Assembly: GCA_964016885.1 (NCBI GenBank)
Contig: CAXHJY010000826.1
Span: forward strand, 549-64,548
DNA: 64,000 nucleotides
Direction: 5' to 3'
Source: Eledone cirrhosa
Taxonomy: Eukaryota
Within the stretch, counting starts at the first letter, position 1, and every line of letters begins with the position of its first letter. The notes under the pieces were generated by a model. The model was given only the letters and a program-made list of their open reading frames with translations, was not told the origin of the DNA and made no database searches. Positions 42,657 to 61,586 of this stretch are shown here, piece after piece. Made by a program: the position numbers and the translations under genes.

Positions 42657-45600
42657 CTACACTAGACTACACTAAACTACACTACACTACACTACACTAC
42701 ACTACACTACACTACACTAAACTACACTACACTACACTACACTACACTACATTACACTACACTACACTACACTACACTAAACTACACTACACTACACTAC
42801 ACTATACTACACTAAACTACACTTCACTACACTACACTATACTACACTAAACTACACTACACTACACTAAACTACACTACACTACACTATACTACACTAC
42901 AATACACTAAACTACACTTCACTACACTACACTATACTACACTAAACTACACTACACTAAACTACACTACACTACACTAAACTACACTACACTACATTAC
43001 ACTACACTACACTACACTACACTAAACTACACTACACTACACTACACTACACTACACTACACTACACTACACTACACTACACTATACTACACTACACTAC
43101 ACTACACTACACTACATTACACTACACTACACTAAACTACACTATACTACACTACACTACACTACACTACACTACACTACATTACACTACACTACACTAA
43201 ACTACACTATACTACACTACACTACACTACACTACACTACACTACATTACACTACACTACATTACACTAGACTACACTAAACTACACTACACTACACTAC
43301 ACTACACTACACTACACTACACTACACTACACTATACTACACTACACTACACTAAACTACACTACACTACACTAGACTACACTAAACTACACTACACTAC
43401 ACTACACTACACTACACTACACTAGACTACACTAAACTACACTACACTACACTAAACTACACTACACTACACTAGACTACACTAAACTACACTACACTAC
43501 ACTACACTACACTACACTAAACTACACTATACTACACTACACTACACTACACTACACTACACTACATTACACTACACTAAACTACACTACACTACAATAC
43601 ACTACACTACACTGCACTACACTACACTACACTAGACTACACTAAACTACACTACACTACACTACACTACACTACACTATACTACACTACACTACACTAA
43701 ACTACACTACACTACACTACACTACACTACACTACACTAGACTACACTAAACTACACTACACTACACTACACTACACTACACTACACTACACTACACTAC
43801 ACTATACTACACTACACTACACTAAACTACACTACACTACACTAGACTACACTAAACTACACTACACTACACTACACTACACTACACTACACTACACTAC
43901 ACTAGACTACACTAAACTACACTACACTACACTACACTACACTACACTACACTACACTATACTACACTACACTACACTAAACTACACTACACTACACTAG
44001 ACTACACTAAACTACACTACACTACACTACACTACACTACACTACACTACACTACACTATACTACACTAAACTACACTGCACTACACTACACTACACTAC
44101 ACTAAACTACACTACACTACACTACACTACACTACACTACACTATACTACACTACACTACACTAAACTACACTACACTACACTACACTACAATACACTAC
44201 ACTACACTGCACTACACTACACTACACTACATTACACTACACTACACTAAACTACACTATACTACACTACACTACACTACACTACAATACACTACACTAC
44301 ACTGCACTACACTACACTACACTACACTACACTAAACTACACTACACTACACTACACTACAATACACTACACTACACTGCACTACACTACACTACACTAC
44401 ACTACATTACACTACACTACACTAAACTACACTACACTACACTACACTACACTACATTACACTACACTACACTAAACTACACTATACTACACTACACTAC
44501 ACTACACTACAATACACTACACTACACTGCACTACACTACACTACACTACACTACACTAAACTACACTACACTACACTACACTACAATACACTACACTAC
44601 ACTGCACTACACTACACTACACTACACTACACTAAACTACACTACAATACACTACACTATACTACACTACAATACACTAAACTACACTTCACTACACTAC
44701 AATACACTACACTACAATACACTACACTACAATACACTACACTACACTTCATTACACTAAACTGCACTACACTACACTACACTACACTACACTAAACTAC
44801 ACTACACTACACTGCACTACACTACACTACACTACACTACACTAAACTACACTACACTACACTACACTACACTACACTACACTACACTAAACTACACTAC
44901 ACTACACTGCACTACACTACACTACACTACACTACACTAAACTACACTACACTACACTACACTACACTACACTACACTACATTACACTACACTACACTAA
45001 ACTACACTATACTACACTACACTACACTACACTACAATACACTACACTATACTACACTACAATACACTAAACTACACTACACTACACTACAATACACTAC
45101 ACTACAATACACTACACTACAATACACTACACTACACTTCATTACACTAAACTGCACTACACTACACTACACTACACTAAACTACACTACACTACACTAC
45201 ACTACACTACATTACACTACACTACACTAACTACACTATACTACACTACACTACACTACACTACAATACACTACACTACAATACACTACACTACAATACA
45301 CTACACTACACTTCATTACACTAAACTGCACTACACTACACTACCTACACTACACTACACCTAAACACTCATTACAATACACTACACTACATACACTACA
45401 CTACACTTCATTACACTAAACTGCACTACACTACACTACACTACACTACACTATACTACACTACAATACACTACACTACAATACACTACACTACCACTTC
45501 ATTACACTAAACTGCACTACACTACACTACACTACACTACACTAAACTACACTACAATACACTACACTACAATACACTACACTACACTTCATTACACTAA

Positions 45601-46650
45601 ACTGCACTACACTACACTACACTACACTACACTATACTACACTACAATACACTACACTACAATACACTACACTACACTTCATTACACTAAACTGCACTAC
45701 ACTACACTACACTACACTACACTAACACTACACTACACTACACTATACTACACTACAATACACTAAACTACACTTCACTACACTATACTATACTAAACTA
45801 CACTACACTAAACTACACTACACTACACTAAACTACACTACATTACACTACACTACACTAAACTACACTATACTACACTACACTACACTAAACTGCACTA
45901 CACTACACTACACATATACTACACTAAACTACACTACACTACACTACATTACACTACACTAAACTACACTAGACTTCACTACACTATACTACACTAACAC
46001 TATACTACACTACACTACACTACAATACACTACACTACACTTCATTACACTAACTGCACTACACTACACTACACTACACTATACTGCACTACACTACACT
46101 ACACTACAATAAACTACACTACACTAAACTACACTACACTACACTACACTACACTTAACTACACTACACTTAACTACACTACACTAAACTAAACTACACT
46201 ACACCACACTACACTACACTTAACTACACTACAATACACTACACTACACTAAACTAAACTACACTACACTAAACTACACTACACTATACTACACTTAACT
46301 ACACTTCATTACACTAAACTGCACTACACTACACTACAATAAACTACACTACACTTAACCACACTACACTACACTACACTATACTACACTACACTACAAT
46401 AAACTACAATAAACTACACTAAACTAAACTACACTACACTACACTTAACTACACTACAATACACTACACTAAACTAAACTACACTACACCACACTACACT
46501 ACACTTAACTACACTACAATACACTACACTACACTAAACTAAACTACACTAAACTACACTACACTAAACTACACTTAACTACACTACACTACACTACACT
46601 ACACTACACTACACTACACTACACTACACAACACTACACTATGACTACAC
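42657..46650. repeat. ~4-kb (ACTAC)n pentanucleotide satellite
   Basis: ACTAC units with ACTAA/ACTAT/ATTAC/AATAC/ACTGC variants. Confidence 0.98.
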
Positions 46651-47434
46651 TATGGGTGATGGCGGCGCTGGGGGTTAAACTCCCCTCAATAAGTCAGTAT
46701 CTTCCCTATAAAGAGCCACGGTGGTGACAATTTCTTGATATTCTCTTTATCTCTGTCTAGACCTCACATTGATTTCAACCGAGCTTTTTCTTATTATTTT
46801 TCTTCCGGCTTCTCTCTTCTCATGACACTGGAGAGAAGCTTTACTTATTTGTTTGTATGTTGATAACTATCTCCACATAACTCTTCATTTCATTTCTTTC
46901 ATTTCCCTTTCTACTCTCTTCTTTCTTTTCTTTCCTTGTCCTTTCCTCCTCTAAATACACGACGACATTTTAAAATAGTTTTGCCTTTGTTTTACTTATC
47001 TAGCATCCTTCAAGATATTGCTTAACAGTTACAGAGAGAGTTTATTATAATCCGACATTTATTTGCCAGTTGGAGGAAATATTGCTCGGCTCTGGTGTAA
47101 ATATGATCCTCCCACACCGCACCCTATGCACTACCCCTCACGCACCCTCGATGGTGTAGGTCCTCGTGGTAGGCCCTGAAAACTGATCACTGATATCTGA
47201 TCTCAATGCAAAAGAAGAAGAAGGAGAGAAGAAAGAAAAAGAAAAAGAAAAAGAAAGAAAGAAAAAGAAAAAGAAAAGAAAAAGAAAGAAAAAGAAAGAG
47301 AAAAAAGAAAAAGAAAAAAGAAAGAAAAAGAAGAAAAAGAAGAAAAGAAGAAGAAGAAGAAGAAGAAGAAGAAGAAGAAGAGACTTAACGAGTGCTTTAT
47401 TGATGTATTCACAGTTGTTATATAAATTACAGCC

Positions 47435-50775
<3,341 letters not shown>

Positions 50776-52395
50776 AGACATGTGACCTCTGTGCGGAGGA
50801 GATATTCTTTATACTAAAATCTAAAATTCCCTTAATCTACGGACAAATTTATTCAGTTGCTGCAGACATAGATTGAACTCAACGTTTAAATATAAATTTA
50901 AATTTAAAATGTAATTATGTTTGTTTTGATTTGATTTGTAATTATTTATGAAACTAGCCGATAAATCTTTCGATTTCTTCTTTTTATTAAAACATTCTTT
51001 TTATTAAAACATTCTTCATGAATAATTAAACTACCCTAAAAGCTGATGCTCCAAATATATCGAATTAAAGTTTAAACTAGATAAACTTCTATATTATATA
51101 TAAGAACATATGTAGACCAAATGGGTATCCTAAACTTTTGGAATGATTTCTGCTAGACAGGATTTGGTAAACAATTTTTGTTTTATCTGTTTCGACTCTG
51201 ATGCTTATGATGATCTTGGCAATATATTGTCAATTAACTTTGAAAGGCTGATCTCTGTGTTTTATTTGTATTATTTTTTAATATCTTTTAATATTTTGTA
51301 ATATATTTTTATTTTTTAATATTAAATGTTTTAGTTTTCTGTTTATTTATTTATTTATTTTCTTGTCTCTGATATTTTTATTTTTATTTTTATTTCTATT
51401 TTTATTTTTATTAATATATTGAAATCTGTTCTCTATTTCTGCTTGATCGACAATCAGGTAGAATAAAGACAAGAATAGTATTGTTAAAATTAATATAGAC
51501 TCTATATATATATGTGTATATATACACACATATATGTATACTTGAATTTTTATAGCACAATGAGAATGTTTTCGTGTGAATTGGGGAGTTTGTTTATAAT
51601 TATGATATAAACATATGAATTTTAAAAACTAGACATAAGATCATTACTTTTCACACATTATAGATACATGTCTCATTCATGAATACTGGTACTTACATTA
51701 TAATGCCTGTTTTATACGAACTAATATTTTCTACGGATAAAACATAGCGGTTTTAAATTCTGCATCGTTTATGTCTGGTTATGTTTCATTTTCTCTTTTT
51801 CATTTTCTCTTTTTTCTCTCTATATAACGGCTATTTTCTCTCTTAACTACATACATCTCTCTTTACATTAATACTAGAGCTAAATAAATAATAAATAAAT
51901 GTATCAACCGATACTCAACTTCCTAATTTCTCTATCTATCTCTATCTATCTCTTTCTTTTTCCTCTCTCTATATATATTTCTCTCTGTTTCTTTACATGA
52001 AGTTCTTCTCTTTATCTATCTTTCTATATCCCTCTATTTAGTCACATGCATTTCTTCTTTTTCTTCGTTTCTCTTTCTTTCTCTCTTTATCTCTTTCTTT
52101 TACAACTGTCCACAATATTTTTTACTACCAAATCAACCTCCCAAATGCAAGGTGATTGAAAGGTATGTCATATCTATTTATTTATAAGACTGTTTATATT
52201 GTATTTTGTCTGAAGATGGCATAACATATTGTTAATATGATATCCTGAAATATATATAACGAAATAAATATGGTTTTATAAATATAGTTTCCATTATTTA
52301 ATATCATAAATATACTCCAAATACTTGTTGAGTGCTTTTATATCAGTTATAAATATTTACTCGTTGTTAACCCAACAATTTAAATATAACTTTCC
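50776..52395 (+). mobile_element. Penelope-like element 3' remnant
   Basis: Starts with [29 protein letters not shown] (endonuclease C-terminus like 32270-32365); AT-rich 3' region with an HHR. Confidence 0.7.
52202..52266 (+). ncRNA. type I hammerhead ribozyme
   Basis: TATTTTGT-CTGAAGA-TGGCATAACATATT..AATATGATATCCT-GAAA-TATATA-TA-ACGAAATA. Confidence 0.75.
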
Positions 52396-53915
<1,520 letters not shown>

Positions 53916-54765
53916 GCTAACTCTAAAAGATCTAAAACAAGCTACATGAAAGTTCGTACGAAGTAAAGGTAGAATACGGAAAAATAAATTCAGAATCCAC
54001 CCCGCCCAAAAGAAAAGCGAAGAAAGAAATACTGAAACGAAAAAATAAGGCATAAGTGCCACTAAGAAATATAGAGGGCACAGAGAATAGTGGGAGCGGT
54101 CGGAAAAAGGGGACCAGTATCCAGGGTCTAAACCAATCTATATTTTTCTCGGGACTCAGAATTATTATCTCGTACAAGTTCACTTTGCTGCACTGGGTGG
54201 TTGCTGGCATTGTGCCCGGGATGGAAACCTTTATTGTTTATTTCGTGGTAGTCTCTTTAGTATTTTGGCCCCTTTTGTTGACCCGTCACCGTATCATTTA
54301 CGTACTTATACCTCTTATAAGGGTCCTTGCCTATCCCGTCCCACCTAGTTCTTTTACTTATTTCGTTATTTCTTTATTTCTTTCTTTACTTCTTTCTTTC
54401 TTTCTTTATTTATTTATTCTAGCCTAACAATAGCTAGAGACCTAGGTCGTAGAATTTAATTTACTTTACTTTTTTCTTTACACTTATTTGCTTTTCTTCA
54501 CTCTCAGTATTTTTTCTTTCCTATATATTTCTACCCCCCCCCCCCTTGTTCTACCTACCGTTCCAACTTCCTCCCCCTCCCCCTCCCCTGTATCTTCTTT
54601 GACCTCATGCCCAGCTGTAGCTGGCACTACCAACGCTTGATTGGGTCTACTCCACCCCCTCCCCTCTTTCTCCTACTGGCAGGTTTAGCCACCATCTCCC
54701 CTACTAATTTGCAACCACAGAATTACTACTGATTTTTGACAATCACTTTGACCATATATGGAATT

Positions 54766-54859
54766 ACCCCTTGAGAAGATCGGCTATTTAAATACCAGGA
54801 TAAGTTTTCATTTAGTCCAGAATTAGCCGTCGAAACGGCTTGAGCTCAGCTGTCGGGGT
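54766..54859 (+). ncRNA. type I hammerhead ribozyme, U3-A8 covariant core
   Basis: ACCCC-TTGAGAA-GATCGGCTA..TAGCCGTC-GAAA-CGGCTTGAGCTCAGCT-GTC-GGGGT; all three stems form; at the 3' end of a ~950-bp insertion (53916-54871) in (TA)n. Confidence 0.8.
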
Positions 54860-54955
54860 CTTACTGGTTCCTATATATATATATATATATACACATATAT
54901 ACACATACACACATATACACACATACATATATATATATATACACAAAATATATAA

Positions 54956-54992
<37 letters not shown>

Positions 54993-55200
54993 TATACGTA
55001 AACACACATATACATTACATACATAGCTAAACAATTATACACATGCAAATACGTATATATCAAAAACACGCACAACCAAAAACAAATACACACACACACA
55101 TACACACACACACACAACCACACACACACACATATATATACATAAAAGAATAATAAAATAAAATAAAATAATAAAAACACACACATATACATACATACAT

Positions 55201-55253
<53 letters not shown>

Positions 55254-55425
55254 CATACATACACACACATATACACACATACGTACATATACACAGGTGC
55301 ATACACATACACACACACACATATACATGTGTGTATGTGTAAAACTCAGTATTAGCAAAGACAAATGAACCTTACATAAACGTATATATAGTAGTAAGGT
55401 AATAAAGCAACATAAGGCAATTATT

Positions 55426-55480
55426 CCATTCACCAGAGGTTTCTTAAAAGCCAAAAATGTTTCCTTCAGTCTTCAGAATG
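55426..55480 (-). ncRNA. hammerhead motif with GUG triplet (likely inactive); relative of 56675-56730
   Basis: CATT-CTGAAGA-CTGAAGG..CTTTTAA-GAAA-CCTCTGG-TG-AATGG; shared downstream AATGGAATAATTGCCTTATGTTG. Confidence 0.6.
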
Positions 55481-55562
55481 AAAAAAAAGTGAAAAAAACC
55501 TGGTTTATTCACATATACAAACATATACATACACAAATATACATATATATACACATACACAA

Positions 55563-55627
<65 letters not shown>

Positions 55628-55990
55628 TGTCTGTCCTGTTAGCTGGGTCATGTATCGCTGTCAAAAATTAAAAAATATATATATATATATTTTTTTTTTT
55701 TTCCTTATTTTTATTTGCGTTTTCGAATATGTAGAGGAGTGCATTCATGTATGTGTATGTATGTACGTTTTGTATGTTTGTGTGAATGTATGTATGTGTG
55801 TATATATATGTGTGTGTGTATGGCTATGTTTGTGTATGTGTATGCTTGTACACACACATGTGTATGTGTGTGTATGTGTGTGTGTGTGTATATGTATATA
55901 TATGTATATATATATATATATGTACACATATATATATATATGTGTGGATATGTGCGTGTGTGTGTGTGCGTGTGTGTGTGCGTGTGTGCG

Positions 55991-56035
<45 letters not shown>

Positions 56036-56148
56036 GCGTGTGTGTATATGTATTATTGTATGTATGTGTATATGTGTGTATATATGTGCTTGTGTAGGTA
56101 AGTGTACGTTTTTTATATATATGTGTGTATGTGTATGTGTGTATGCGT

Positions 56149-56195
<47 letters not shown>

Positions 56196-56230
56196 GATAA
56201 ATCTACCAAGAGTTTACGGTAGTGTCCAAT

Positions 56231-56377
56231 TTATTTCTGAAGACGGCGTATATATGTGTTAGGTATGTATATTTAATCTTGATAATTTGTATAATTTTGT
56301 ATAATTTTGTACATAGATCTGTTGAATATGCATACCAATTATAACACATATATACCCTAGAAACGATCGTTAAATAA
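56231..56377 (+). ncRNA. type I hammerhead ribozyme with very long stem II
   Basis: TTATTT-CTGAAGA-CGGCGTATATATGTGTT..(116 nt in total)..AACACATATATACCCTA-GAAA-CGATCG-TT-AAATAA. Confidence 0.75.
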
Positions 56378-56426
56378 TGAACTTTTTTTGTTTAATATAA
56401 GGAATTGTTTATTCATTATTTCTTTA

Positions 56427-56503
<77 letters not shown>

Positions 56504-56674
56504 GTGTGTAAGTATGCTTTTGTTTTTTTTTTTGTTTTTTTTTGTGTGTGTGTTTGCATGCGTCGTTTTATTTTATTTTATTTTTCCTTTCCTTCTCCCT
56601 TCTCCAGCCTCACTTTCATATAGATTGTATTTTTTGGTTTGTAATCCAAATTCAATAAACAAACCAGCTTTTTC

Positions 56675-56730
56675 CCGTTCTGAGGATTGAAAGCAAAACC
56701 TTTTGCTTTTAAGAAACCACTGGTAAATGG
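56675..56730 (+). ncRNA. type I hammerhead ribozyme
   Basis: CCGTT-CTGAGGA-TTGAAAGCAAAACCTTTTGCTTTTAA-GAAA-CCACTGG-TA-AATGG. Confidence 0.8.
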
Positions 56731-56831
56731 AATAATTGCCTTATGTTGTTTATTACATAATAATAATAATTAAGCTCTGTTGCATACATAGAGCACTCTT
56801 TTTTCCTGGACTTTTCCGATGGAATTACTTC

Positions 56832-56872
<41 letters not shown>

Positions 56873-56874
56873 CA

Positions 56875-56917
<43 letters not shown>

Positions 56918-56931
56918 GCGTAAATATATAT

Positions 56932-56964
<33 letters not shown>

Positions 56965-57038
56965 CATGCATATATATATGTATATATATATATGCATATA
57001 TATATATATATATACATATATATATGTATATATATATA

Positions 57039-57096
<58 letters not shown>

Positions 57097-57164
57097 CCTA
57101 TATATATGTATAGATATATATGTGTGTGTGTGTATATATATATGTATATATAGAGAGAGAGAGT

Positions 57165-57260
<96 letters not shown>

Positions 57261-57448
57261 TTTATATTGAGCAAATAGATCTATGATGAAAGACGTTCTC
57301 GCCGTGAATATCTATTATTACTTTCTCAGGGTAACTAATACACCCAGAAACACATTCTCTAAAGTATCGATTTCCCTTCAACCACCACCACCACCCCACA
57401 AATTGCAGGACTTATGCCTATAGTGGAAATTATTATTATTATTATTAT

Positions 57449-57640
57449 GCCGAGGTTAACTTTGCCTTTCATCCTAACGGGGTCGTTAAAATAAAGTACC
57501 AGTAATGTACTGGGTAATTGCTGGCCTTGTGCCTAACGTAGAAACAATTATATATTACTAACGGGGTCGATAAAATAAAGTACCAGTAATGCACTGGGGT
57601 AATTGCTGGCCTTGTGTGAAAAAGTAGAAACAATTATTAT
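57449..57640 (+). mobile_element. two 5'-truncated SINE copies
   Basis: Central box and tail of the main SINE family, twice. Confidence 0.8.
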
Positions 57641-57801
57641 TTGTTTGACGTAAGCAGACGTGCGACTTATCGCTTCACAGAGATTGGATAGTTACCAAAC
57701 AAAGGATTAAAGAATTGTTTATTTTAAAAAAAATGTCTTCGTGGAGCTCTTGAAGAATTCTTGGACGTCCCGCACTCCCTCGCTGTCTCTCTCCTCCCGC
57801 C

Positions 57802-57857
<56 letters not shown>

Positions 57858-58432
57858 ATACTCTCTCTCTCTCTCATACACACTCTCTCTCTCTTTATCT
57901 CTCTCTCTCAATCTCTGTCTCTCTGTCTCTCAATCTCTCAATCCCTCTCTCACTCACTCTCTCTCACTTACTTTCTCTCTCTCAATCTCTCTCAATTTTT
58001 CCATTCTGTTTCTCTTACTCTCTCTCTCCCCCTCTGTCTCTCTTGCCAGGTTAAAAACATGGTTTATCATATCGGGGGCGTTTAAATATTGTTATGTTTG
58101 TGTTTCTATTGAAGCCAAGATGGCGACGAGCCATACAGACACTGCTCCGGTGCCCGAGCACCTCAACTAAATGTAACAAACAGAATAAAACAAATAAAAA
58201 AGAGATAACAAATTTAAATAAAGAGAAGAACGTAAAACAAGGAAGAAATGACATTTTTTCTTATTTTGGCAGAAAAAGGGAATAAAAGATCAAATATTCA
58301 AACATCAGCAGCAACAATACATACGTACATACATACACACATACACACATACGTACATACATACATACATACACACATACACACATACACACATATGTAC
58401 ATACATATATACATATATACATATATACATAT

Positions 58433-58995
58433 ATGGCGGCTGCCAACTCGTTTTCGAGTACGGCCACTACTTTATATCCATGTAGGAGAAACCCTACCGA
58501 TGCGCTGAACGAGTGTGACTTTTTAATCCAGCCAGCGACTTGAAAACTCTGGTACAAACACTACACCTGTGACAATTATTGTCACATAGTGCTGGGCCCA
58601 TGGTACCATGTGACGACAAGTGCAGAGAGATCTCCAGATATAAAGCAATGACTGTGCCGTGAAGCTTTTATAGTGAGCAAAGGCACTGCACAAAGCCAGT
58701 CCCACTCTCTTAACCAAGATGATATTTACCAAAAAGAACAAGTCAACATCATTGGATACCATCAGAGTTGCAGGTGTTATATCAGAGTTTTCCTTCTCCT
58801 AGAATTCTGCCTTGACAAAGGCTAAGGGGTCATCTCTCCCGGTGATTTTGGATGGCCATTGACTTTTAAGAGCTCCTTTGCCCTTTGACGGGATTTGTTT
58901 TTAGTCCTGCAGGATGTCCAAAGTCACCCTCCTCACCAAGAAACCTTGGTAGGGTTGCCAGTTTAGTCGCCAACGACCCGACCATGAGACAGGTT
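58433..58995 (-). mobile_element. non-autonomous RTE-related element, copy 2
   Basis: Reverse complement of 25942-26534. Confidence 0.75.
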
Positions 58996-59156
58996 GTACT
59001 GTGATACATGTTACCAGTAGCACCAACTGGTGACCTGACATATATATATATATATACATATATACATACATATATACATAGATACATGCACACATATATA
59101 CATACATATATACACATACATATATACATATATACATATATACACATATACATACA

Positions 59157-59982
59157 TCATTTATGTTTATTGCCTCTGTGATTTGTCTAAACATTGCGTC
59201 TTTTCTGTGTGTAGATTCTATTTTTATTTCTATGTTCTCTAATTTACCCTTGTGTTCTATTTTAGCATGTTGGTAGAGTACAATGATTCTTTACTATCTT
59301 GAAGATCTCGCCAGTGTTCATTTATCCGTTCCCCTATACTACGAGCTGTCTCACCTATGTACACTATATTCTTATCTCTACATTGTCCTTCAGTACATCT
59401 TATGCTATATACTACATTTCTTGTTTTACAGTTAATATGGGGGCTTAATTTACAGATTATACATTTCTTATCTAGACAAATCACAGAGGCAATAAACATA
59501 AATGAACTCCAACCAAAATTAAATAGAAAACATGAATGGAACAGCAACATCACAACTTACAATTAAGGACAAAATGAAAACACACACGCACATAGAACAA
59601 ACAACCAACCAGTAACATGTAAATAAACAAATAAATAAACAAATATAAACACACACAGACACCCGGATGTAACACATGCGCAAACTAAGCACACAACACA
59701 CACAAAAACAAGATGGCGTAGGACAGAACAAAGGAGAGGCACAAAAACAAAGAAAAGAATCCCCAGTCACTGAAGAGGTCACAGAATGTGAGACGAAAGA
59801 ACTTTAACAATATATATATTCCTAAATTTATAAATTTATTATAATAAATTGAAGTGAAAGCGCAACTGGTGTGTGTATTTCTTATTGGCAACATGACCCT
59901 CCCAAAGTATAACAATATCGGTTTCAACACACGTTTTCAGATAAAGAATCTTGCTAAACAAATTCAGAAACGAAATATATAT
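59157..59982 (+). mobile_element. Penelope-like element fragment with 5' inversion (family of 38569-39850)
   Basis: 59157-59474 is the inverted GIY-YIG part (VVYSIRC..VYIGETARSIGERINEH); the plus part matches ~39358-39850; degenerate HHR at 59766-59808. Confidence 0.88.
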
Positions 59983-60021
59983 ATATATATATATAAATTG
60001 GATATATAATTGGATATATAT

Positions 60022-60147
60022 ACATATTTGGAAACTCTGCTTCGTAAAATCGAGAAATGTCCGAGGTCCTCGCGATTTCAGAGTGAGGTTTGATCACTGC
60101 ATCGATCGTGCCTCGAGCTGGTCGGCAGAGAAACGATTGTAATATGT
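60022..60147 (+). ncRNA. degenerate hammerhead-like motif
   Basis: ACATAT-TTGGAAA-CTCTGC..GCAGA-GAAA-CGATTG-TA-ATATGT; stems I-III form; core resembles U3-A8 with A6G. Confidence 0.45.
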
Positions 60148-60258
60148 CTAATAAATTTTATTCGTCACTCCACTGATTCTCCGTTTCTTATGTGATATAT
60201 ATATATATATTTACCAAAGAGAATGACACAATAAAGTTCGTAGTTCATTTATTGCTTT

Positions 60259-60304
<46 letters not shown>

Positions 60305-60515
60305 TATGTATGTATGTATACGTACATACATATATGTATACAGACGTACAGTAGTATGTATATATATACATACATGCACACATATATATATGCACGTATC
60401 GGTTTACCGAACATTTATTATAATGCTCGGTTTGTAAACAAACAAACAGCCCGAATTACGCCGTAGAGTGTGTAGGCAACCACGTCACATTTTTGTTCAA
60501 CACTGACACTGGAAA

Positions 60516-60554
60516 GATGTACTAGTTTCAAGCTTATTAGCTATCGTCAGCATC
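60516..60554 (-). ncRNA. minimal type I hammerhead ribozyme
   Basis: GATG-CTGACGA-TAGCTAATAAGCTT-GAAA-CTAG-TA-CATC. Confidence 0.85.
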
Positions 60555-60762
60555 GTACACCTTCCGGCCAGATGGTTGAACGTCTGAAAGTATATACGTT
60601 CCTTATGCATATTAACGGCTGAGCAATATATATATATATATATAGATATATATATATATATATATATTATATATGTATATTATATATATATATATTATAT
60701 ATGTATATTATATATGTATATTATATATGTATATTATATATGTATATTATATATGTATATTA

Positions 60763-60813
<51 letters not shown>

Positions 60814-61034
60814 AATTAAGTTAAAAATGTACATCTATATATGTATACTGAAATACTAGTATGCATATGAATACACACACGTATACATATGTAGATGTAC
60901 CAAGTCTTTCACTGGTTACTTTACTGTGAGTATCCAGCTATTCTGTATGTAAACACACAGACAAACCGGTTTTTAGAGTCATACTGGTTTTTGAGGAAAC
61001 ACCTTTCCTCTATTCTCCAGAAAGCCAGACAAGG

Positions 61035-61079
61035 AACATTGAACTAGTTTCGTTGTTGTTACAACTCATCAGCAATATT
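61035..61079 (-). ncRNA. minimal type I hammerhead ribozyme
   Basis: AATATTG-CTGATGA-GTTGTAACAACAAC-GAAA-CTAG-TT-CAATGTT. Confidence 0.88.
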
Positions 61080-61541
61080 TACCTATCTACCGGCCTTTCT
61101 GGAGAATCGTAAAAGCACATATCGTTATATGCTTTTTCTATGAAAATTAGTAGTGGGCAGACTAATTTGCATAGTGTGTGAGTACGTACCGGTTCAACGG
61201 AGACGATAAAAACAAATAACGAAACGAAATTAAATTTCGTTTCGTTTGTAACTCACTTTTGTATGACTGACGCTTAAAACAATTAAGTTAAAAATGAAAT
61301 ACTAGTATGCATATGAATACACACACGTATACATATGTAGATGTACCAAGTCTTTCACTGGTTACTTTACTGTGAGTATCCAGCTATTCTGTATCGTTTC
61401 GTTATTTGTTTTTATCGTCTCCGTTGAACCGGTACGTACTCACACTCTATGCAAATTAGTCTGCCCACTACTAATTTTCATAGAAAAAGCATATAACGAT
61501 ATGTGCTTTTACGATTCTCCAGAAAGGCCGGTAGATAGGTA

Positions 61542-61586
61542 AATATTGCTGATGAGTTGTAACAACAACGAAACTAGTTCAATGTT
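61542..61586 (+). ncRNA. minimal type I hammerhead ribozyme
   Basis: Identical to 61035-61079, on the opposite strand. Confidence 0.88.
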
